Of a stretch of DNA of 64,000 nucleotides, positions 27,001-39,782 are shown one piece after another. Numbering within the stretch: the first letter of the stretch is position 1; every line of letters starts with the position of its first letter. The notes below the pieces were generated by a model that saw only the letters and a program-made list of their open reading frames with translations, was not told the origin of the DNA and did not search any database. Position numbers and translations under genes: made by a program. This DNA is from Piromyces finnis finn. Taxonomy: Eukaryota > Fungi > Neocallimastigomycota. The stretch lies in NCBI GenBank assembly GCA_002104945.1, contig MCFH01000015.1, positions 744,001-808,000 of the forward strand, in the 5' to 3' direction.

Positions 27001-28900
27001 TGATAATATAAACATTTCATTATATATTAATAAATATTGAAATTTGGATTAAAAATACAAAAATAAATTGAAAAAAAAATTAACATATCGATAAGTGTAA
27101 AATGTAAAATCTATAAACAAATATATTATCATCTGCAAAGAAAATAAATTATGAAATTATTATTATTATTATAATTATAATATATATATAATATATATAT
27201 TATATATTACATTCATATTAATACTTTTTTATATTTTTAATTTTACAATTTTACTATTTAATTTTTTTATTATTATTATAAATGTAAAATAAATTCATCA
27301 TCTTCTTTAGTATTTTCATTTATAATGATAATTTTCCATATTTTATTTATACTAATAATATTTTTAATTAATTCATAATTTGATAATAGATAATTTAGGT
27401 TTGAAATAGTGATAAGATTTAAAATGGTATTCACCTTTAAATTACAATTAAAGGTTTCATCTTCATTATAAATAGGTTCTAATTTTTTTTGTTTTTAAAA
27501 TGGATGTTGTTTCCCTTAAAATATTAAGAATTAAACTATTATCCACAATCACTTCTTCTAATAATGGTAAGGTCCATAATGTTTCTGGTAAAGTTTGTAA
27601 TGGATTATTATGAAAATCTAATTTTCTTAAATTTTTTAATTTTGAAATTAGTGGAGGAATTTCCGTTAATTGATTATTACTTAAATCAAGAATTTTCAAA
27701 TTTTCCACAGCTTCAAAATCTTCATTAATAATATCATATGGAAATTGTTTAATATTTTTATTATTTAATAATAAAGCTTCACAGCATTCTGAATTTTCAT
27801 AATAATATTTGATAGAAATAGAATGTTGATAATCTAATTCAATTTCTTTTAAATTTATTAAATTTCCTATTTCTTTTGGTAATTCAGTTAATTCATTATC
27901 ATTTAGAATCAATTCTTGTAAATTTATTAAATTTCCTATTTCTTTTGGTAATTCTGTTATTTTATTCCAAAATAGATGTAATTTTTGTAAATTTATTAAA
28001 TTTCCTATTTCTTTTGGCAATTTTGTTATTTGATTCCTCCATAAAATTAAATTTTGTAAATTTATTAAATTTCCTACTTCTTTTGGTAATTCTTTTAAAC
28101 TATTTTCAGATAGATTCAATTCTTGTAAATTTATTAAATTTAATATTTCTTTTGGAAATTCTGTTATTTCAGTATCCAATAATAACAATATTTTTAAATT
28201 TATTAATTTTTTAATATCTTTTGGTAATTCTGTTATTTGATTATTTGAAAGATATAAATTTTGTAAATTTATTAAATTTCCTATTTCTTTTGGTAATTCT
28301 TTTAAATTAATACGAGATAAATCCAGTTCTTGTAAATTTATTAAATTTCCTATTTCTTTTGGTAATTCTGTTATTTGATTACTCCATAAAATTAAATTTT
28401 GTAAATTTATTAAATTTCCTATTTCTTTTGGTAATTCTTTTAATTTATTTTTATTTAGATTCAATTCTTGTAAATTTATTAAATTTCCTATTTCTTTTGG
28501 TAATTTTGTTATTTGATTATAACCTAGCTTCAATTCTTGTAAATTTATTAATTTTCCTATTTCTTTTGGTAATTCTCTTAATTTATTATTATTTAGAATC
28601 AATTCTTGTAAATTTGTTAATTTTCCTATTTCTTTTAGTAATTCATCAAATATAATATCATAAAGATATGAAAGTTCTAATTTTCGTAAATTCCTTGCAT
28701 TTGATATTAATTGAGATAGTTTTGAAATTTCTATATCAATTTTATCAATTTTCAAATTCTTTAATTTTGGTGCTAATTCTTCAATATTTATTGTTTGAAG
28801 ATCCGATACATTTAATTCTTTATCAATAAGAAGTTCTTGAGATATTGTGTTTTGATTATCATTATTGCTACCATCCTAATACATTGTATAAAAATATAAT
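16200..28900. repeat. Tandem segmental duplication, unit about 5.4-5.7 kb, containing 69-bp LRR tandem arrays
   Basis: Intergenic 20800-21840 matches 26240-27290; coding 16200-20800 matches 21850-26240 apart from repeat number. Confidence 0.92.
21829..26453 (-). CDS. LRR-only protein, copy B (21 + 9 repeats), frameshift between modules near 23950, distal decay
   Basis: Near-identical flanks and non-repeat domains to copy A at an offset of about 5.4-5.7 kb; ORFs 23909-26116, 23052-23930 and 22196-22531. Confidence 0.85.
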
Positions 28901-29032
28901 TTTTAATATATATTCATTTAATTAAATAATAAATAAAATAATAAAGAATAGTTATACATAAATAAATCTTTATAAATTAAATAAATAAAAAATGGAAATA
29001 ATTAATTATAAATTTTTTTATAAAATTATCAT
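27276..29032 (-). CDS. LRR-only protein, copy C (single module, 11 repeats), frameshift near 27483
   Basis: ORF 27466-28755; same N-terminal domain and same 3' end ([13 protein letters not shown]) as copy B. Confidence 0.82.
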
Positions 29033-30579
29033 TTTTTATTGAATAGTTTTTATAAAAGAAAAACAACAATGAAATGATATTTGAATTTATACTAGAATAT
29101 AATAGGAATAAAAAGTAATAATGAATATTATATTTCTTATTAAAGATTGGATTATTTAAATATTATTTATTTATTTATTGAAATAATTATCTTTTTATTG
29201 AAATAAATTTTTCTTATTATCTTTTTTCTTACATATTTTATATAACAAATAAATAAAGGCATGCAAAGGATCTCAAGACTATTTTATATTAAAATTAATT
29301 TGTATATTGTTTTTTAAAATCGTATTATTTTTTAAATTGTAAAAATAGTTCATTTTAATTCTATAAAAAGTTAAAACTATTTTTAAGAAATATTATTTTT
29401 TATTTTATTACCTTTTATTTATTATAATTTTAAAATCTTGAAGGTATTATTTATATTATTCATATTATTTTTTTTTTCTTTTATAATTACTTGTCAGTCG
29501 TCAATATAAAAATTGTTTATAATTTCTAGAGTGTGTTGTTTGTCATGCTTCAACCTTTATTTTTTTTCATCCAAAATTAAAAGATATATTCTTAAAAAGA
29601 ATAAAATTTTTAATTTATCATAAAGTGGTCATGGTCACACAAATTTTAAAAAAATTAATTTTAAAATTAATTAAATATTATATCATATATTATTTTTGTA
29701 AACTAATATATGATTACAATATATTATGTTCATTTAAAATAAAATGAAAAAACTGTCAAAAAAAAAAAAGACAATTTTCATTAACATTAAAAAAAAATAA
29801 AGAAAGAAATGATTTATATATTGTTTATTATTCCAACTATTATTATTCTAACTATTATTATTGATGTTACAAATACTTTTTTTTCAATTAACAGAATAAA
29901 AATGATAATTTTATTCTGTAAAAAAATAATACTATATAATTCATTAAATATTTTTAATAAGAAAGAATAATTTTGGTTGATTCTTTTTAGCAATCCTTAG
30001 TTAAATTAATTGATTATTAGTTGATATCGTGAATTTAATATACTTAAATATTAAATTCACGATATAATACAAATACAAAAGTATAGGATTAACTATATAA
30101 TTCATTTATATCAAATTTAATAATATTTATATCAATCAATAATAATTATATAACTATTCAAATTATCTTTAAAAAAAAATTAAAGTATAAAATTTTTAAA
30201 AGGTTAAGTTATATATAAAAATGAAAATTATAATATTATCCATATGTACAATATATTAAATGTATCAAAAAAGTGATATTTAAAAAAAAGTATATTTAAT
30301 TTTTTATATTTAAATATACTAGTTTAAGAAAGAAAAAAAAAATACTATAAAAATTTCTATTCTATTTACCTATTTTTTTATTTTATACTATAAGCCCATA
30401 TATTTATATAAAAAAAAAAAAACTATCTTATTTATTTAATAAATATATACCATAAAATTTTCCCCTTTTTAATTAATTCAATAAAAATATATTATGAATT
30501 TTATAATTTTTTTTATGTGTTTATTATGAAATTATTGTTAATTAAAGGAAGTAAATGAATTAATAGAAAAAAAAGCAAT

Positions 30580-30867
30580 ATGTTTTTAAATAGTAAAGGA
30601 AATAATAAATCAACCAATACTCAAGTTAACAACAATAATTCTGATAATAGTAATATTGCATCTAACACTAACTCTGAAAATATTGTTAATACTACTAACA
30701 ACGCTGATACTGCCAATACTGCCAATACTGTCAATGCCACTACTAATCCAGGAAATAGTACACTTGTTAATTCAGAAAACAATAAAAACTCTGAGGCCAA
30801 ATCTTCAGGTTCAGAATTACCATACGTTACTGCTCTTACCTTGACTGCATTTCATTTCTTTTTATAG
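30580..30867 (+). pseudogene. 3' fragment of a paralog of the GPI-type protein at 31986
   Basis: Shares NPGNSTLVNSE and a hydrophobic C-terminus (VTALTLTAFHFFL); no signal peptide or Cys domain found upstream. Confidence 0.65.
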
Positions 30868-31985
30868 ATAAGAGTGATCCAATAGAATACTATAATATAA
30901 AAGGATTCAATAATAAATTAAATAAGAAAATAATTATTATTTTTTTTTTTAATTGTTGAAAATACAATATTAAAAAGTTAAAATTAAAATATTGAAAAAA
31001 AAAAGAATAATAATAATAAATGAAATAAGCAATAGAAATAAATAAATAAAAATATAAACGAACAAATAAAGTAAAACGTATAAAAGTAACATTTTATTTT
31101 GAAGGTATTAATTATTCATATTTAATAAGGTATCTACTTTTTGAAATAAATATTCATTCTTTATTTCAAAATCATCAACTATATTAATGAAAATGTTTAT
31201 AATGTTCATAAATGTATAAAATATATATGTCTTTTGACTAAGTTTATTTATTTCAATATTCATAATTTAAGTAGATAAATATTAAATCCTATTATCCTTG
31301 TAAAATGGTTTTATCCAAAATATGGATAAATAATGATGATGTGGATGTTTAGTAATGTAAATGTATACATTTTATATTACATGATAGTTTTATTGATATT
31401 AATTTAATGGAATATTATTGGATAAAAAATAGTTTAATATACATTTTTATTATAAAGAAATTTCGATTTAATGAATAAAGTTCTAGCCAAAAATCATTCT
31501 TTTATCAAATTCTAACAATCTTATCCAAGAATTAAAAAATAAATGAAAGAATGCTAAAATGAATATAAATCCTTTTATTATTTAATATCTTATGTTTTTT
31601 ATAGTAAAAAATAATTTTTTTTTTCAATTTTTAATCTTTTTAAATTATAATGGAACTCTCAATCAAAAGGGAATTAAAAGGAATTTTTATTTTTATTTTA
31701 ATTTATTTTAAAACATTTTAAAGTAAAATTTTTTAATTTGTTTTATTTTTTAATTTTTAATTTTATAATGCCACAATTAGATTATATAATAAGCCACTCA
31801 TTTTGATTAAAATCTTTAGCCAATAATTTTAATATTTTAATAGTTTCAAAAAACTATAAAAAAACGAAAAAAAGCACTTTTAAAATCTAAAACAACAAAA
31901 GCAAAACAAATATAATAAAAAAAAATATATATTTAGAGAAAACTTTTTATTAATCTCATTACTTTAAAAGATATATAATATTAAA

Positions 31986-32639
31986 ATGAAATTCTTTGGA
32001 AAAACTTTATTAGTTTCTACCTTAATTGCTACAATTAGTGCTGCTGTAGTACCTATTAAAGATAGATCAACAGAATGTGCAGTTGCTTTAGAAAAATTTA
32101 AAAATTCTAGCCAAGGAAAAAGTTTTTTTAATTGTTGTTCCATGTTAGAAGAAGATGATAAACTCGGTTTCTGTTCTGACTCTAAATGTAAATATTTATC
32201 TTTACCAAAAGATGTCGAAGATTGTTTAACTAGTTCTGAAAAAAGAAAATTTAATATGTATGTAGAATTATTAACAAACGTATACGATGAAATGTGTTAT
32301 GAATTATTAAATTCTGAAAGCAAAATTAACTCAGCCAATAATAAAGATAGCAACAATTTTTCTAATAACAGTAATATCGACTCTGCTAATACTATTACTA
32401 CTACTAACATTGCTAGTAATGCTGATACAACCAATACTTTTAATACTTCTAATACAATCAATACTGCTAATACTTCTAATACTGCAAATACCGCCAATAC
32501 CGCTATTAATCCAGGAAATAGTACACTTGTTAATTCAGAAAGCAATAATAACAACTCCGAAGTTAAGTCTGCCGGTTCAAAATTATCATACTCCTTAGTT
32601 ACTGCTTTTGCCTTAGTGGCATTCCATTTCATTTTATAA
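31986..32639 (+). CDS. Secreted, probably GPI-anchored Cys-rich surface protein, 217 aa
   Basis: Signal peptide MKFFGKTLLVSTLIATISAA; 7-Cys domain; Asn/Thr/Ala linker; small residues (SAG) then a hydrophobic C-terminus. Confidence 0.8.
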   Translation: MKFFGKTLLVSTLIATISAAVVPIKDRSTECAVALEKFKNSSQGKSFFNCCSMLEEDDKLGFCSDSKCKYLSLPKDVEDCLTSSEKRKFNMYVELLTNVYDEMCYELLNSESKINSANNKDSNNFSNNSNIDSANTITTTNIASNADTTNTFNTSNTINTANTSNTANTANTAINPGNSTLVNSESNNNNSEVKSAGSKLSYSLVTAFALVAFHFIL

Positions 32640-32935
32640 TAAGTAAAATAAATATAATATAAAAGATATTCAATAATGAGCAAGTGAATAATCAAAACAT
32701 AATAGTTTTATAATTATTGAATATTTTATTGAAAGTAAAAAATTAAAACGAAAATATTAAAAAATAAAAGAAAAATAATTTTATAAGTAAAATAAATATA
32801 ATATAAAAGATATTCAATAATGAGCAAGTGAATAATCAAAACATAATAGTTTTATAATTATTGAATATTTTATTGAAAGTAAAAAATTAAAACGAAAATA
32901 TTAAAAAATAAAAGAAAAATAATTTTATAATAAGT
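32640..32935. repeat. Direct tandem duplication of about 145 bp in the 3' flank
   Basis: taagtaaaataaatataatataaaagatattcaataatgagcaagtg... occurs at about 32640 and 32785. Confidence 0.8.
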
Positions 32936-34440
32936 AAAATAAAAAAATATATAATATAAAAAAAGAATATAAAGTAAAAATACAAAGAAAAATATAAAAT
33001 AAATAATTAAATAAAAATAAATTGAAAAAATTTTTAAAGTAAGCTTATAAAAATAAAATTTTATTTTGAGCTATTCCTTTTTATTTTAATTTTATTATTA
33101 TAATTTATTTATGTGAAAGGTGTGGTTTTTTGATTATTTATAACTTTAATGAAATAAATCAAATTCTAATCAAAATCTAACAATAAAATTAATACTTTAG
33201 AAGAATTAATATGATAGAATGCTAAAATGAATAAAAATCCTTTTATTTTTAATGATAATAAATGTTTTTTAGAGTAAGAAGGAAATGTTTTCTTTTTTAA
33301 TTTTAATAAAAGGAAGTATCAAAAATAATGTATTAAAAAAATGACCAAAAGTTTTTTATAGTGTTTTCTTATTATTAAAACTATTAATTTCAAAAATAAT
33401 AACAATATTAATAATAATTATACAAAAGATATATTTTAATCTATATTATAAAACAAATTGTTATAGAGTACTTTAAAATAGTATCATTTAGCTATTGCTC
33501 TCTTTTTATTATCAAGACATTAATGTAAATGTATACATTTTATATTACATGATAGTTTTATTGATATTAATTTAATGGAATATTATTGGATAAAAAATAG
33601 TTTAATATACATTTTTATTCTAAAGAAATTTCGATTTAATGAATAAAGTTCTAGCCAAAAATCATCCTTTTATCAAATTCTAACAATCTTATCCAAGAAT
33701 TAAAAAATAAAGTAATTTAAAGAATTATAACATGAAAGAATCTATTCTGTTTTAAATATAATGTTATTCATTTTTTTTGTTAGAGTCATCTAGGTTAAAT
33801 CAAATACATTAAAATTTTATATTAATGCCTATCTAATACATATATTACATAGTATTATATAAATACATTATTATAATACGCCACATCGTGTGAATGTTAA
33901 TGACATTACCTATGATACGGGTTAATTTTATGTAGAAAGAATTAAACTTTAAATAATATATATTTTATTAATAATTTTATTTATAACGTTCCAATATTTC
34001 TATTTTGTCTAAATACTAAAACGTTCTGTCGTTGTCAAATATTAAAATTCTAACTAAAACAAGAAGCCCTTTTTAATAATATTTATTCTAGTCTATTTAT
34101 ACTAATGAGGCTTACTTAATAATTAATTGTTCAATTATAAGGCTGGAACTATATGGATCATTCATTTACATTATTCTTTTACATTACATAATATTACATT
34201 TGTCGTACATTTACATTATATTCTTATACATTGTAGAAATAATTAATATTATAATAAAACTATATAAATTTAATATTAGGAAAAATTACTAATATAATAA
34301 TATGTTCAAGTCACATATTATTTTTATATCACCTATTTTACTATAAATTCTTTGTTAACAAATTTCTGTACTGTCATAATTAAACTTTATTTCTAACATT
34401 TTTATTCATTGTCCACATTTTTAAGTAATGAATTTTTAAA

Positions 34441-34720
34441 TTATTTTGTTAAAGTTCCATTAAGGTATTTCGTAAGACTATCAGCTAAGTCGAATTCTAA
34501 CTTGATATATTTCAATTTAATCTTATTTTCCTTAACTAGCTCTCTTATCTTGTGATATCTTAAATCAATGTGTATTGATTTTGGATTTATTGTTTCATTC
34601 TCACTATTATAGATAGTCTACATTGATTGACGTATTTTCAGTATGTATTCAGGAAATACTCATTCAAGCTATCGCTATCATATTCGCTGTAAGTGGTCGA
34701 AATTGATATACAATGTTGTA
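34441..34720 (-). pseudogene. Ty1/copia RNase H C-terminal remnant
   Basis: INPKSIHIDLRYHKIRELVKENKIKLKYIKLEFDLADSLTK, matching the copia KHIDxRYHxIRE...ADxLTK motif. Confidence 0.8.
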
Positions 34721-34888
34721 ACTTTGATAATAATTATATAGATTAATAATAAATATATCATAAAATAATCATTTAAACAACTATTATTCATTCACTTTTT
34801 TATATTAAATAAATATGCTTGAAATAATATTGATTGATTGATTGGTTTAATTATGTTTCATTATATTTTGTTTAGTAAAATTTATTTA

Positions 34889-35070
34889 AAAGATTATGAT
34901 ATATTTATTTTTTTTTATAATGATAAAGTTTAAAAGATTATGATATATTTATTTTTTTTTATAATGATAAAGTTTAAAAGATTATGATATATTTATTTTT
35001 TTTTATAATGATAAAGTTTAAAAGACTATGATATATTTATTTATTTATAATAATTAAATTTATTTAAAAG
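34889..35070. repeat. Tandem repeat of about 41 bp, about 4 copies
   Basis: aaagattatgatatatttattttttttataatgataaagttta repeated. Confidence 0.7.
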
Positions 35071-37632
35071 ATTATAATATTTAATTAGGGATAAAGTTTA
35101 TTTAAAATAGTAATATATATTCTTTCACAAAGTAACAAAAAAATAAAACCTTAAAGAAAATAAAATTGCTACTAGTTTTCTAGTATAATAAAAATTAATA
35201 ATTGAAGATAATGATACATTATAGGGTTTACTTTCTCAAACCATTACCAAATATTATTATCATTATCTAATTGACGTCAACATTATTTAATCCAACGATG
35301 TTCATACTCTTTTTTTTATAGTGATATCCATACTAGGTACTCAAATATTTGATGATAGTATGGTGGGACTACTAAATATTGTTTTTATTATTTTTTTTTA
35401 TAATAACCTATGAAATTCTTATTACAAGAATTTCTGGTGAAGATAGGTGTTTGGAAAGGAAATGTTAATAATAATACATCAGGATAACTCAAGTTATAAA
35501 TATTATAATAAACTTATCAAAAATATAATACAAATACAAAAGTATAGGATTAATAAATTGAGCTACCCTGACCTAGTGGTAATAACGTTTCAATAATACC
35601 TTATCACCACAATAATAAATTAAGATTTAATTATAACTTTTTTTAATAATTTTAGTATTAATAAATTTTCATATTATTTGATATTAATTGTATAGATAAT
35701 AATATAAATTAAAAGATTAAGTATAAAAAAGAAATACTTTAGTAATAATATCATCAAAGACTTAATAAAGTATACTGTGTCAAGTTTTTTATAGAGATTT
35801 ATTAATTCCAGACAAAAAGTCATAAATCAACAAAAACATATATAATAAAATTGGAAGAAAAAATTGATGATTCATTATTTTTTTTTATATTTATTTTTTT
35901 TTTATTTTAGTTTTATATTTAAAAAACAGTTTTTTGGTATTTTTTTCTGTATATAATTATTTTTTATTGAAAAAAAAATAAATGATCTATTTTATTATAA
36001 TGTATTGTACAATCTACACAAATAAAACTACATAAAAAATAGATAATAGATCTCATGAATACACCCCATCCATAAATTAATAGGTATTAATATTTAGAGT
36101 ATTAAAAAAAATTTTTAAATTAGAAAATTTAATATTGACATTACCAAAAAGACTTTTTTTTTTTTTTACAATTATTAATATATAAGAGAATGTTTTATAA
36201 TATTTATTTATTTTTCGGATATTCTACGTTATTTTTATCAATATTATATAACTAAATTTCTAAATAATATAATAATACCTTTTTTTCGGTTTTTACTTCA
36301 GATTATATTCATGGATGATCATTTGCCAATAAATACAGTTTATGAATCATCATACATTAATCATAGCATAAAGTTTAATAAATAATAATTTTTAATAAAA
36401 TAATTAGAAACTTCTATATAAAAAAGGATAAAAATAATTTCATTTAAATTAATGCATAAAAAAATTATTTTTTAATTAATACATTAATAATTAATGGGTT
36501 TGTTCCCATATATATATATATATATTTTTTTTTTTGGCCTTTAAAATATTACTTTTTTGAGTATAAAATGTCATGGAATTGATGCTAATGTAATATTATT
36601 ATTTTGGCAAAGAGAAATAAATAATTCCTATAGTTTAATGTAAAATATAGTAAAATCATTTGAGATATTCTAATGTAAGTTATACTTGTAAAAGATATCA
36701 GAAATAGTAACATCAACTTTATTAATCTAATACAAATATAAATTTATATATATACTATTAAGAAATAATAATTATCAATATTCTTTTTTTTTTTAATCAA
36801 TATCTAATTATAAATATATAAATAAATTAAATAAAAAACAACTATAAAATCTTTTTTTTTTTTCATTAAACCCTGTGAGGTATCCAAAATATAATATAGA
36901 ATGAGTATCCATTCCAAAATAAGCATTAAATATTGAAATTACTCAAATATTTAAAAGATTTTCCAGTTTATCCGTAAAATGAGATTTTAATAAGGTAATA
37001 TAAACTCTTTGATATAAGCAAAAATAATATATGCAAAATATGTTAAATTTTAATTAGTTAAGTATAAATTATAAAACATTAGATTTAGTTATAGTATGCT
37101 AAAGTACATACATTACAATACATTACATTATGTTAACTACATTTTACTTATTAATAAAATTTATACTAAAATTTGAGATTTTCTAGCAATTATTATTATT
37201 ATTATTATTAAATAATCCTTCTGAAGTTCTTGTCAATTCATTCATATAATAAATATTAACCATATGGTAAATAATGTAATTATAATTAAAGTTGTTATAA
37301 TAACTTTAATAATAATAAAATATTTTTAATAATTGGTAAATAGAAAAAAAAATAATCAAAAACAAAAAGTACTTATAATTAAAGTTTCAATACAACTTTA
37401 ATAATAATAAAATGTTTTAATGATATAATTAAAGTTTCAATACAACTTTAATTATATCATTTAAAAGATAAATTATTCTCTGGAGTTATTCGATTAGGTA
37501 TGAAAATTTTATTTAATGCTAATACATAATTATTTTTTAAATTATATAAAAGAAGTACATATATGCATTGCACATATTGTATACTATAGTCAGTCACCTA
37601 ACAATATTAGTCTTTCAATTTTTTAATTAAAA

Positions 37633-37678
<46 letters not shown>

Positions 37679-38691
37679 TTTTTTATCAACGGAAATGTAA
37701 CCAGTCAATTTTTTTTTCTTTTGGGAAAAAAAGTTTATTTATTAAAATAACTATACATATGATAGTATATATAATTTATATATAATTGTTGAAGATTACA
37801 TCTGCAATATTGCTGGACAAAGAAATTACTTTTTTTATAGAGTTTTCCTCCATCAGCTCAATACAAAAATCTAAAACAAAGATACATTGAAAGTATTAAT
37901 TAAAAAAAAATAAAAAAAGTTAATTCTATAATAAAAAAAATAAAGTTGACTTAAGCAATAATTAAAATATATTAAATAATAAACTATATTTTATATATTT
38001 TAGTATTTTTATTTTAGCTAACATTTTCATAATTTCATATTTTTATATTATAATGAATACATTTAAACATTTCTTTTTTTAAAAAAAAAAAGAACAATGC
38101 TTTAATTTTTACATTAGTTGATTTGATATTTGAGATAGGAATGATTCACAAAATTTTATATAATTTATAGGAATATTTTTGATTTAAATGGATTAGGAAA
38201 ATAGCAAAATGATAACTTTTTTTTCTCTCTCTTTTTATAAATAAATTATATATTTGTAAAAAAAACTATATGTAAACGTGGTTATATTATTTATATATAT
38301 TACTATTATTACTTTTTCTAAAACCATTTTATATAAATAGAAAAGTATTTTCTTTTTTTTTAAAGAAAATAAAAAAAAATTTAACCAAAAAAAATTAATA
38401 AATATAAAAAATAATATTTAAAATATTTTTTTTTCATAAAAAAAGAAAAGAAAGCAATGAATACTTTAAATTATAGATTTAAATAAATAAATTTATACTT
38501 TTTTTATTAAGAATATTATTATATATTTTTATATTATATTGATATATTGTATTTCTTAATTTTTATAAAAAGTAAAATTATAAAAATCCATAAAAGAAAA
38601 TAAAAAAAAGAAAAGAAGTGTAAAAGAAAATTAATTCTTTTTTTAAGCACTATTTAAATAAAAAAATAAAATATTATATCTATAAATAACA

Positions 38692-39210
38692 ATGGATGAA
38701 AGGTATAATAAGCATTTAAAAACATATACCAAAATTGGTATATCTAGATTAATTGAAATAGCTGGAGATAAAAATATTATCTTATTATTTCTTTATTATT
38801 CTATATCCTTGCCTCTCTATCATTAATTATTCCATACATTTCTACTTATAAGATTTTAGAGGTATAAGAAATTATGCCTTCTATTCTTGTCAAAATAGAG
38901 GTGAGAAGGGATTAGAAGAAGATAGCAATATCATGATCAAAGGAAGTATTTTTACTTTAGTTTCTTATGCTGTAAATGTGATCTTAGGTTATTTTGGTCT
39001 AATTTCTTCTCATATTGCTGCTAGAAAAATAAGAATAGAAACAGTGATGATGACAATGACACCCTTAAGAATATTAATATAAAAATGAAACAGGGAACAA
39101 TGATAGCATTAGTCGGACCTTCTGGTTCTGGAAAGATCACTATTTTTAAATTGTATTTAAAACTCTATGATGTGACTAAAGGTCAAATTTCATTTGCTGG
39201 AGAAGATATT
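38692..39210 (+). pseudogene. Decayed, internally deleted bacterial-type ABC exporter (TMD start fused to NBD start)
   Basis: IGISRLIEIAGDKNIIL...GLISSHIAARKIR, then LKNINIKMKQGTMIALVGPSGSGK...YDVTKGQISFAGEDI (Walker A at 39115-39135); frameshifted. Confidence 0.7.
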
Positions 39211-39782
39211 TTTTTTTCCAAATCAAAATTTTTATTGGAATAAAATTTTTGGTTTTGTATTTAATACAATAGAAATTTTGTCTCAAGTGGAATGTGTGTG
39301 TTTTCTTATTTAAAAAAAAAGTAGAAATAAATATTGCATGTATATTCGATAATAATAATGAAAGAGAATCATTTTTTTACAGCATTGATATCATACCATT
39401 TCGGTGAATATATTTTATTATTATAATTAATTTTTCTTTCTAATAATTTCATTTCTTTAATTAATTATTATATTTTATTATTAATTATAAAAAACCTCTT
39501 TCTAATTAATTATTAAATATTAATATTTTTATATTATTATTATGAAATATTTGATATAAATTTTTAAATATGAAATTGAATATTTTAAATAATAAGAATT
39601 ATTTTAAATATGGCACATATTAGTTTCATATCACATCTCATTATATAACCGTAATATTTACAATGTAACCTTTTCTCTTTGTTAACCTTATTAATAAAAT
39701 TATTTATTAATTTAATATATTTCACAGATTAAGAGTCTTAATCAATATTAAAATTATTCTAAAATTTAAAACAAAAAAAATT

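Noticed and set aside
16900-28620. CRISPR-like pattern of constant and variable segments
   Set aside because: The period is exactly 69 bp, in frame, and encodes LRRs; the variable parts recur and are not unique spacers; no cas genes; eukaryotic context.
35300-38600. Short coding-like or hairpin patches in AT-rich DNA (35330, 36540, 36880)
   Set aside because: No sustained frame or recognisable motif.
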